From the sequence record DRR723986_5041: a stretch of 61,797 nt of DNA; one strand, 5' to 3'. Under the pieces are notes generated by a model. It was not told the DNA's origin. It did no database searches and saw only the letters and a list, made by a program, of their open reading frames with translations. Positions 38,890 through 48,400 of this stretch are shown here, piece by piece; position 1 is the stretch's first letter, and each line of letters starts with the position of its first letter. A program made the position numbers and the translations under genes.

Positions 38890-40634
38890 GCCACTTCTCC
38901 ACTTGTCGGCAGGGCACGGGGTGCGGCAGGTGCCGGCAGGCGCCTGGAAATACTGCTGACGACATCCGTCCGGTCACCGAACTGGCCGATCCGGCCATCT
39001 TCCAGCACCAGGATCTTGTCGGCCGCCTCCATGATCGCCGGTCTGTGCGCGATGACGATGACGATGGCGTTGTCTTCCTTTGCCTGCGAAATGGCACGCA
39101 ACAGGGCAACCTCCCCTTCCGTATCCAGGTTGGCATTGGGTTCGTCGAGCACGAGCAGGCGCGGCCGTCCGAACAGCGCACGCGCAAGGGCGACACGCTG
39201 CTTTTGTCCGCCTGACAAGGTGTAACGGTTGTCACCGACGGGCGTATCGTAGCCGAGTGGCATCCGGCCGATCATCTCGTGAACGCCGGCGGCACGTGCC
39301 GCATCGATCACCATCTGAGGATCGGCATCATACATGCGCGAGATGTTGTCCCGAACCGTTCCATCCAGAAGAGACACCGACTGCGGCAGATACCCGACCA
39401 TCGCGCCAAAGGACGCCCGCTCCCAGAGATAGGCGTTGTGTCCATCAAGAAAGACGCCGCCCGTCGTGGGCTGAAGAACACCTACAAGCAGACGGGCCAG
39501 GGTCGACTTTCCGGCTGCCGACGGGCCGACAATGCCAAGAACGTCACCGGGTTCGAGCGTGAACGAAATGCCCTTGATAACAGGCACCGGTGCGTTGGGC
39601 GGCGCGTAGACCAGCTTGTCGATCTTGAGCGATCCCTGGCTGGGCGGGGTCGGCACGGTCTGGCGAAGCGAGGAGTGGTTCTCCAGAACCTCGCGCACCC
39701 GGCCCCAGGCGGTTGATGCGAACACCCACTGACGCCAGTTTTCCGTGAGATTGTCGAAAGGGGTCAGCAGGCGCCCCATCAGGATACTTGCGGCGATCAT
39801 CGTGCCGGCAGTCACCTCTCCCTTGATGACAAGATCTGCGCCAAGCGCCAGAACCGCGATCTGCATGCCAAACCGGAGGCTTCGCGTCAGCGCGTGGATT
39901 GCCTTGCCGCGCCGGCTTCCCATTGCCATCAGTTCAGTGGCATGGAGCTGCCCCTTGCGCCAACGGCGCGTCAGGGCAGGCATCAACCCCATTGCCTCGA
40001 TCGTCTCTGCGTGGCGAAGCGTCGAGGCGATCGTCGCGACATTCTGCAAGTTGGCGGTGTTTGCTTCCTTCAACAGTGAGCGTGTCGTCATGTCGGACAG
40101 GAGGTTGAGCCCGATCAGCGTAATCGCTGAAACAACAGCCAGCAGCCCGTAAAGCGGATGCAGGGCAAACAGCACAATCAGGAACAGCGGCACCCACATG
40201 GCTTCCAGCGGTGCGCTGATGGCGTTGCTGGTTATGAAGGTGCGAAGGTCGTTCAGGTCCCGCAGCACTTCGGAGGCCATACCGCCCCCCTTCTCCAGCG
40301 AGGATTTCACGCCTGCCTCGATTGCGGTCAGGTTGAGACGCCGAACCAGTTCGCTCCCCATCACCTGGAAAATCTGGCTGCGGATAAATTCCAGAATCGC
40401 AAAAAGCATCAGTCCGCCACAGGCGATGATCAGCAACATTGTCAGGGTATCGAGGCTCTGGCTGTTCAGAACCCGGTCATGAACCTGCAGCATGAACAGC
40501 GGCACGATCATCTGCAGCAGCGTGATGAACCCACTCAGAAGCGCCGCTGCGGCGAGACCGGTTGCAAAGGTGACTCGAGCCTCTCTTATGAGACGGAACG
40601 GATCGATTGCGTCCGGTGTTGTCTTTTCAACCAT
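38886..40634 (-). CDS. T1SS ABC permease/ATPase, PrtD family (ExpD1/WgdA-like)
   Basis: LFMLQVHDRVL, GPSAAGKS, LSGGQKQR, LDEPNANLD. Confidence 0.93.
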   Translation of the reverse strand: MVEKTTPDAIDPFRLIREARVTFATGLAAAALLSGFITLLQMIVPLFMLQVHDRVLNSQSLDTLTMLLIIACGGLMLFAILEFIRSQIFQVMGSELVRRLNLTAIEAGVKSSLEKGGGMASEVLRDLNDLRTFITSNAISAPLEAMWVPLFLIVLFALHPLYGLLAVVSAITLIGLNLLSDMTTRSLLKEANTANLQNVATIASTLRHAETIEAMGLMPALTRRWRKGQLHATELMAMGSRRGKAIHALTRSLRFGMQIAVLALGADLVIKGEVTAGTMIAASILMGRLLTPFDNLTENWRQWVFASTAWGRVREVLENHSSLRQTVPTPPSQGSLKIDKLVYAPPNAPVPVIKGISFTLEPGDVLGIVGPSAAGKSTLARLLVGVLQPTTGGVFLDGHNAYLWERASFGAMVGYLPQSVSLLDGTVRDNISRMYDADPQMVIDAARAAGVHEMIGRMPLGYDTPVGDNRYTLSGGQKQRVALARALFGRPRLLVLDEPNANLDTEGEVALLRAISQAKEDNAIVIVIAHRPAIMEAADKILVLEDGRIGQFGDRTDVVSSISRRLPAPAAPRALPTSGEVA

Positions 40635-40906
40635 TCAAGATTCTCCGAAGCTTCAACCGATAGGTGTGTTCGCACGTGCGAAAAAAAGAGCGATTGCCCA
40701 GAAAACGACACATCTTTTCCATAGGAATGACGAAAGCATATAGACTAACTTGGGGTATCTAGTGCCTTTAATTATGGCAATCGATTGGCAAAGAGAAGAA
40801 ATGCAAAAACAAAACTAATAAATGCATCAATGTGCATAGACAGGGAGCAGAATAGCGATGAAATTATTTCGAATTTAGTTCGAATGTAGGTGGGAGTTTG
40901 GGGCAA

Positions 40907-41509
40907 ATGCACAAAGTCTTAGAAGACGCAACAAGGGACATGAATGGGCACGTTTCGCGGACTGAACCTATGGTTGAAAAATCCATCAATCATTCAGCAT
41001 ACGGGGAAAGGGAAAGGATCGCGGCTCCGGCTTCGCAAGCGAACCATTTCGAACTTGTAAGAGTCATCGAACGAATGTATCGGCGCTACCTTGACCGCCT
41101 CCGCGTCGATCTGATCCGAATAGGCGCGGACGACATCTCTCCCGCCCATGCCATGTTGCTTTTCACCATCGGTGACGACGACCTGTCCGTACGGGATCTG
41201 ATGGACCGCGGTCACTATCTCGGATCGAATGCGTCCTACAGCCTCAAGCAACTTGTCCAGTCCGGCTACGTCGACCGAACGGCTTCGGCACGGGACCGGC
41301 GCTCAGCCCGTATCCGTCTGACCGACAAGGGAAAGATGCTTTGCAGAGCCGTGAAGGCAGCCGACGAGGTCAATCAGGACCAGATCGTGCGATCCGAACA
41401 GGACCTGAAGGCTCTCGAGGAAACATTCGCACTGCTGCGCAAGCTTGAAGTCCTTTGGGCAACGGACCTTCAACAATCCCCCTTGCGTCTGGACGGCACC
41501 CGTTTCTGA
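40907..41509 (+). CDS. wggR: MarR-family activator (ExpG/WggR-like)
   Basis: GHYLGSNASYSLKQL..GYV.R..DRRS.RIRLT.KG; divergent from the T1SS genes and upstream of a GT4, as in the exp locus. Start uncertain. Confidence 0.75.
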   Translation: MHKVLEDATRDMNGHVSRTEPMVEKSINHSAYGERERIAAPASQANHFELVRVIERMYRRYLDRLRVDLIRIGADDISPAHAMLLFTIGDDDLSVRDLMDRGHYLGSNASYSLKQLVQSGYVDRTASARDRRSARIRLTDKGKMLCRAVKAADEVNQDQIVRSEQDLKALEETFALLRKLEVLWATDLQQSPLRLDGTRF

Positions 41510-41524
41510 TCGAAGGTTTGGCAC

Positions 41525-42799
41525 ATGCATATCGTGTTCGTGCACCGGCATGGGCCCGGGCAGTTCGTTCATCTTGCCCGGCGTCTGATCGCCGATGGCT
41601 GGACTGCCACGCTCATATGCGAATCCCTGGACCGGCCGGTGCCGGGCCTGCGTGTGCTGCGCTATGCCGGTGACACCCGGCAGGCGGCCAACGCGGGTGG
41701 ACGGCCTTCCGTGCCCTACATCGAGGCAGGCCGCAAGGTTGCCGATATCCTGCACAAGCTGGACCTGAACGGCCACAAGCCCGACATTGTTATGGGACAT
41801 ATCGGTTGGGGCGGCATGATGTTCGTCAAGGATGCCCTGCCGGATGTACCTGCCATCGGTTTCTGCGAATATTACTTCCAGCCGCAGGGCGGAGACGTCG
41901 GGTTTGCACCTTCCGACGAGATGTCGCTGCAGCAGCGCCAGACCATGAGGCTCCGCAACGCCATACAGCTGTCCACTCTGGATCAGCTCGATGCCGGCAT
42001 CAGCCCGACGGCCTGGCAGAAGAGCCGCTATCCCGCAGAATACCGGTCAAAGCTCCTCGTGCAGCATGAAGGCATCGACACCACCCGGGCTCGCCCCGAC
42101 GCGATGGCCGGATTTCGCTTGCCGGACGGTAGGCACCTGACCGCGGGCGATCCGGTGGTCACCTTCGCGGCACGTGACCTGGAACCCTACCGCGGGTTTC
42201 CGCAATTCATGCAGGCAGCAGCGCTGGTGGCCCGCGAAAATCCGGAAGCCAGGTTCGTTGTTGCCGGGGGCGACGGCGTCAGCTACGGACGCGCACCGTC
42301 TCGTGGCGACACATGGCGCAACCGGCTTCTTCAGGAAACCGGCCTTCCACCTGATCGGATCCATTTTGTGGGCCAGATTCCACACAAGGATCTCCTGAGC
42401 CTGTTTCAGGTCTCTGCAGCCCATGTCTACCTGACCTACCCGTTCGTGCTGTCCTGGTCATTTCTCGAAGCCATGGCCTGCGAGGCACCTGTCATCGCGT
42501 CCAAAACCGCTCCGGTTCAGGAAATCGTTCGAGACGGGGTCAACGGCAGGCTGGTCGATTTCTGGGATACGAAAGCAATCGCTGCCGAAGTTTGCTCGGC
42601 GTTGCAGTCTCCGGCAGACCGGCAGGCCATGCGCCGGGCAGCGCGCCGGACCGTTGTGGCCAGATACGAATTGTCAGCCTGCGTCCTGCGCCTGCAGGCG
42701 CTCTTGAGCAAGCTGCCGAACCGTTCGGCGCAACGGCAGCCCCGCCTTGGACCAGTCGCCGGAAGGCGCAACGTGGTGACGGAGTGGAACCGGGTATGA
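41525..42799 (+). CDS. wgcA: GT4 glycosyltransferase (ExpC/WgcA-like)
   Basis: [47 protein letters not shown]. Confidence 0.8.
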   Translation: MHIVFVHRHGPGQFVHLARRLIADGWTATLICESLDRPVPGLRVLRYAGDTRQAANAGGRPSVPYIEAGRKVADILHKLDLNGHKPDIVMGHIGWGGMMFVKDALPDVPAIGFCEYYFQPQGGDVGFAPSDEMSLQQRQTMRLRNAIQLSTLDQLDAGISPTAWQKSRYPAEYRSKLLVQHEGIDTTRARPDAMAGFRLPDGRHLTAGDPVVTFAARDLEPYRGFPQFMQAAALVARENPEARFVVAGGDGVSYGRAPSRGDTWRNRLLQETGLPPDRIHFVGQIPHKDLLSLFQVSAAHVYLTYPFVLSWSFLEAMACEAPVIASKTAPVQEIVRDGVNGRLVDFWDTKAIAAEVCSALQSPADRQAMRRAARRTVVARYELSACVLRLQALLSKLPNRSAQRQPRLGPVAGRRNVVTEWNRV

Positions 42800-43704
42800 A
42801 GGGAATTGTTCTTGCCGGCGGCGCCGGGTCCCGCCTTTTTCCCATGACGCTGGCAAGCTCGAAGCAGCTTCTGCCCGTCTACGACAAACCGATGATCTAC
42901 TACCCGCTGACCACGCTTATGCTCGCCGGCATTCGAGACATTCTGATCATCTGCACACCGCGAGACCTGAGCGCGTTCCAGCGCGTCCTCGGCAAGGGAA
43001 ACCGCTGGGGCCTGAACCTGTCCTACGCTGTCCAGAAGCACCCTGCAGGCATCGCCCAGGCATTCCTGATCGCGGAAGACTTTCTGGGCGGGGAACCGTC
43101 GGCGCTCATTCTGGGTGACAACATATTCCACGGCACCGGCCTGTCGGAAAAAATGCTGGCGGCCCGGCGAAACGAGACCGGCGCAACCATATTCGCCTAT
43201 CAGGTTCATGATCCCGAACGATACGGCGTTGTCGGCTTCGACAGTGCAGGCAAGGCTGCCTCAATCGTTGAAAAACCGGTTGCCCCGCAATCGGACTGGG
43301 CGGTGACCGGGCTCTATTTCTACGATGCCAGGGTTGTCGACATCGCCCGGACCCTCACCCCATCCGCACGCGGCGAACTTGAAATCACCGACATCAACAG
43401 GGCCTATCTGGAAAGCGGTGACCTCAGCGTCCAGATGCTGGGCCGGGGCTATGCCTGGCTGGATGCGGGAACGCCGGAATCGCTCCTGGAAGCAGCCTGC
43501 TTCATCCAGACTCTGGAATCCCGCCAACGCCTGAAGATTGCCTGTCCTGAAGAGGTCGCATTCTACCAGGGCTGGATCTCAAGAGGTGATCTCGAAGCCC
43601 TGGCGAGCGAGATTTCAGGCACGACCTACGGCCGTTACCTGAACTGGATCGCCAGGGAAGCGGCAAAAGCACAATATGAACCGGCAAGCGCCCTGGCCTC
43701 GTGA
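42796..43704 (+). CDS. rmlA: glucose-1-phosphate thymidylyltransferase
   Basis: [51 protein letters not shown] overlap with the upstream gene. Confidence 0.95.
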   Translation: MKGIVLAGGAGSRLFPMTLASSKQLLPVYDKPMIYYPLTTLMLAGIRDILIICTPRDLSAFQRVLGKGNRWGLNLSYAVQKHPAGIAQAFLIAEDFLGGEPSALILGDNIFHGTGLSEKMLAARRNETGATIFAYQVHDPERYGVVGFDSAGKAASIVEKPVAPQSDWAVTGLYFYDARVVDIARTLTPSARGELEITDINRAYLESGDLSVQMLGRGYAWLDAGTPESLLEAACFIQTLESRQRLKIACPEEVAFYQGWISRGDLEALASEISGTTYGRYLNWIAREAAKAQYEPASALAS

Positions 43705-43710
43705 GAAGCG

Positions 43711-45480
43711 TCAGAAGCGCGCCGTGATCGAGGCCTGCAGATTGAGGTCCCCGGCTTCCGTTTCTCCTGCGTCCTGCAGGGCAACGCCCGCGATCAGGTT
43801 TGCCGTCAGATTGTCTCCAAGAGCATAGTCGAAGCCGGCGCCGACACCGGACAGTGTCGCATTGTCGTCTGTGGCGTGATCGATCCCGAAGCCGATATCG
43901 GCAAACAGATAGGCCGACAGACTGTCGTTTGTCAGTGATTGCGGCCAGCTTTCAGGCAGGTTGCCGGCAAGCGGCGAGAAGGACGGCAGACGCAATTCGT
44001 TCCGCCAGATGACACCGCTGTCCACGCTGGCATCATCGTAGTTATAGCCACGCACTGCATACCGCCCACCAAGCGAGATCCGCTCCGTATCCGGCAGCAC
44101 CTGCCCGGCGAGCGTGCCCGAGAGGGCGCTTACCCAGAAGAACCTGTTCGGAAGAGACGTTGTGCGGCTGATGTCCGCCGCAAGATACGCATAGTCGACC
44201 GACTGGACACGCCCGTTGGTAAAGGTTTGCCAGGTGGTTGCCGCATTTCCCTGAAGAACACCTCCCGGATTGGCCTTCACCCTGACATCCACTGCCGTGC
44301 GGCCAAGAAGGTCATCGAACGAATTGCTCCAGCCAAGCACCATCTGGAACAGATCCGCGGCACCGTCGGCAACCGCGACGCCATTGAAGAAGGTTGTCCG
44401 TTCCAGACGTTTCAGCTCGACGCCCGTGTAGATATCCCCCCAATAGCGCCCCGGCAGGAGATTAGAGACGGCAGACCTGTAGATGATCGGCAATTCGTAG
44501 GTGGTGTTTTCAAAGTCGAAAAAGCGATTCGGCGTCTCGCGTGACGCAACCATTGCCGGTGCGATTTCAAGACTTTGCCGGGCCCACGTCGGAATGGTGA
44601 GCCTGCCTGCGTGGGACACATAGGAGGGGTAGTCGCCTTCACGCGGAATGACAATTCCCGGATCGCTCCAGATGTCGTCGCTGGCCGTCATCTGGTAGGA
44701 AAGCCAGGGGCCGCCCGGAAAGGGAAGACGCGCATTGCCACCCAGAAAATATCGGTCGCGTCCTGTGTCCTGCGATCCGGAATTGGACCACCCCGCAAAC
44801 ACCTGCCACGGCCTGCCGTCATCGATCGTGACTTCGAGGTCGCTGAGCGCAGCATCCTCGCCCGGGCGAAAGACCCCACCCGCCCGCCTGTAGGGGGAGC
44901 GGTTCAACCAGCCGAGATCCTCTTCCAGTGCGCGCGCATCAATGCGCCCACCGGGGTTGATCCGCAGCCTTGCGCGGATCTCCTCGGCGTCGCGCTCGTC
45001 GAGCCCCTGAACCGTCACGTTGCCCGACTTGAACTCGATCACCCTGACCTGCAGCACCCCGCCGGTTATTTCCTGCGGTGGCAGGGTAACGGATACGAAC
45101 GGATAGCCGGCATCCTTGTAAACGCGGGCTATGGCAGCCTGGATTTCCCCCGCAAGGGCGAGGGAAAGCGGCTTGCCGAGATACTCCGACAGTACGGCAT
45201 CCAGTGCGGCCTGATCGAAAGCAGCCGCCGGACCGCCGATGCCCTTTGGGGCTCGGCCTGCCACATCGTCGGACTGACCGATCAGATAAACGCCGGCCAG
45301 GTCAACACCGAGCGGTGACCTGTCGGTGGCACCGAAGTCCTGGGGGGCGACGTCCAGCGAGACCGGCTCTCCGGGTTCGACAGCAGGCAGGTTTCTCTCA
45401 AGAGCTTGCTGGGCGAATGAACCTTCGGAAACGAGCGCAAGACCGGCCACCAGGGCCGCAGTTATCGTATGTCTTGTCAT
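43711..45480 (-). CDS. TpsB (ShlB/FhaC/HecB) outer-membrane transporter
   Basis: Signal peptide, POTRA (YKDAGY..LPPQEI..GVL), LGGRYAVRGY, C-terminal Phe. Confidence 0.9.
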   Translation of the reverse strand: MTRHTITAALVAGLALVSEGSFAQQALERNLPAVEPGEPVSLDVAPQDFGATDRSPLGVDLAGVYLIGQSDDVAGRAPKGIGGPAAAFDQAALDAVLSEYLGKPLSLALAGEIQAAIARVYKDAGYPFVSVTLPPQEITGGVLQVRVIEFKSGNVTVQGLDERDAEEIRARLRINPGGRIDARALEEDLGWLNRSPYRRAGGVFRPGEDAALSDLEVTIDDGRPWQVFAGWSNSGSQDTGRDRYFLGGNARLPFPGGPWLSYQMTASDDIWSDPGIVIPREGDYPSYVSHAGRLTIPTWARQSLEIAPAMVASRETPNRFFDFENTTYELPIIYRSAVSNLLPGRYWGDIYTGVELKRLERTTFFNGVAVADGAADLFQMVLGWSNSFDDLLGRTAVDVRVKANPGGVLQGNAATTWQTFTNGRVQSVDYAYLAADISRTTSLPNRFFWVSALSGTLAGQVLPDTERISLGGRYAVRGYNYDDASVDSGVIWRNELRLPSFSPLAGNLPESWPQSLTNDSLSAYLFADIGFGIDHATDDNATLSGVGAGFDYALGDNLTANLIAGVALQDAGETEAGDLNLQASITARF

Positions 45481-45486
45481 GCCGGA

Positions 45487-48400
45487 CTACTCTGCCGCCG
45501 CACTGAGCCAGCGACCGAACGAGCGGTTGCAGGGGTGAACGGCACCTTCGCCGCCGACCACTCCCGGCTCGCAGGCAGAGGGGTTGCCTTCAAGTGCCTC
45601 GTCGGCATCCGGGTTCTGCAACCGGTTGCGCTCCAGCACCTGCTGGCGGGGATCGGTGGAGGACTGTCCGTTGCCGGAAGAAACAGACGTTTCGGAGGGA
45701 CTTGTGATCGTCAACGTGCCATCGACGCTGACAATGTCGTAGCCGAACTGATGCGAATAGAAGCTGTTCCCAATGGCATAACTTCCGGCCGCGGTTGCCA
45801 TGACGGCGGCACCGCCATCGAAACTTCCGAGGAGACTCGCTCCGGCAGACGACAAGGCATAGGTGAACCCGCCGGAATAGACCGTTCCGTCATATACTTT
45901 CGACTTGTCGTCACCCGTTACCGTAATTGCGGTCAGGAAACCTCGCAGGAGCGGAGTTGTCTGCCCCTCGTAGATGCGCCAGGTGTTCGCCGTGCCGCCC
46001 TGGTCGTCAATTCCAAAACCGGCTGAAACGAACGTGTCGATCTGCTGCATGGCACTGCTGGTCACACCGGAAACATTGGTGACCGAACCGCCAAGCTGAT
46101 TGCCAACTGCATTGTTCAGCCCGGTAGTCTGTGTATCCCAGACACTGTTGGTGAGCGTGATCGTCCCTGCGTCCATTGTGCCGACCAGGCCGCCGCCGTT
46201 CACGCTTGCGGAGACGGCACCGGTTGCGTAGGAACGGGTAACGGACGCCCCGTCAAGCATCCGCCCGACAAGGCCGCCGATCTCATTGGTACCAGAAACG
46301 TCCCCGGTGGCGTAGCTGTCGGAAATGCTGCTGACCGTCAGGCCAACGAGCCCGCCGGCCGTGCTGCCGGTGTGGATCACGTCGCCAGTCGCAAAGGACC
46401 TTGTGATTGGCGCTCCGAGGGAGTGGGCAACCAGCCCACCGAGACGCGTCGCGATGCTGTCGGAACTCTGCACCGTTCCGGTCGCATAGGAGAGATCGAC
46501 CGAACCCGAACCAATGTAGCCGATGAGACCGCCTGCGCCATATGGTGTGGTGGTACCACCCGTGTTATCGGCAAGGAGCGTGACAGTTCCGCTGGCATGA
46601 GATCTGGAAACGTCAACGTTCGACGCCCGGCCCATCAGTCCACCGATGTCATAACGGCCACTGACGTTGCCGGAAGCGGACGAACGGGTAACCTGCGATG
46701 CATCAGAAGTCTGGCCGTCACCGATAAGGCCACCGGCAGCATAGGCCGTGGTGGTGACATCCGCCGAGGAATGTGTGTCGGTAACGGAATACTCCGACGC
46801 CATTCGTCCGGCAACGCCGCCGACATTACCTGCACCTGTCACCGTGCCGCCAACCGAAACATCCGATACCGAGACCTTGCCACCAACGGCGTTGCCGATC
46901 AGCCCGCCAACACCGATCCCTCCCGCGATGTTGACGTTCGTCAGTTTGAGATCATGAATGGAGATATCCTGACCATCGGCTCTAACGACGCCAAACAACC
47001 CGATCGTGTTGAAGTTACCTGTCGAGGTCAGGCCATCGATCGTATGGCCGCCACCGTCGAAATTGCCGCGAAGGCTTGTCGACGCAAAGCCGGAACCACT
47101 GTTCCATGCCGCTGTTCCCGAAGCGTCGATATCCCGGGTCAGCACATAGTTTACCGGCGTGGTTCCGGAACCCGACTGTATGCCCTGAAGACTGTAGACA
47201 TCGAAGATCTGGTACGGGTTGGCCTGCGATCCATCACCACCAAGCGCACGCACAAAATGACCGCCCTGAATATCGAAATCCCGGGCATAAAAGTCCGGCA
47301 AACTGCTGCCGACCTGCAGCCAGGCGGTATCGGACTGGAAATCGTCGACATGGATATCACCCGTCGCCGTTGAAGTGACATTCGTTGCGCTGCTCGTCTG
47401 GTCCACACGCAGCTTGCCGTTCGCCGCGGTGACGGAGCCGTTGATCTTAATGGAGGCGTTGCTGGCGTCGGCGTAGAGAGAAAGCTGGTTGCTGTTAGAC
47501 CACGCGACATCGCCGTTCACTGTCAGGTCACCGTCATGGGCCCACAGGATGGCGTTGCTGTCGCCGACCGAAAATGTGCCATTCGTTGCAACAGTCAGGT
47601 TGCCACCGGCGTAAAGATTGTTGTCGAGATTGAAGTTGGACGTCGCATTCAAATTGAAGTCGAGACTGTTGCCATTCTGGTCGGTTCGCACAACCGCCGA
47701 CGTGTTGCGCAGGAAGTTGAGATCGGTGTCGCTGAACGCGCCGATGGTCGTGTCCAGAGCGGTGACCACGTCCGTCGTGGCCGCTGCACCGGTATTGACG
47801 TTGAAGGCATTGCCCCAGATATCGGCTCCGGAGACGCCGGTCGACGTTACTGTGTCGGCGAAAGTCGCCGCTTTGGTGCTTTCACCGTCCAGATAGGCCA
47901 GTGCCCCGGCGGAATTGAGCGACCCGGCCGTGGTCAGGATGTAATAATACCCGTTTGCCCCGGTCACAGCACTGCCGACAAGATTGCCGCCGGAAAGCGC
48001 GCTGACATTTGCCCCGGATTGGGCTGTCGTGCCCGCATCACTGTAGACGATACCCGAGACGGCCTCGGGTGTGGCGGCATACTCCCACTTGAAATAAGGG
48101 AAAAGTCCGCTGCCAGTGCCCCAGATGCTGCTGTCCAGGGTAAAGCTGCCCAGCGTCAGCGATCCCTGCATCTGGGAAGTGGTCAGGCCGCTCGTGTTGG
48201 TCACGGTGGGGGTATAGGAATTCGTGTAACCGATCACCTCGGTTTGTCCGGTCGTTTCAGTATCCCAGGCCGTGTCGGTTATTGAAACGCTTGAGTCGGA
48301 GACTTCAGCGACCAATGCGGCTGCATATCCTTCAGCCTCTACAAGACCCGTAACAAAGGAGTTCTGAATAACCGTGTTCCTGTCGGCCGTACCGATGAGC

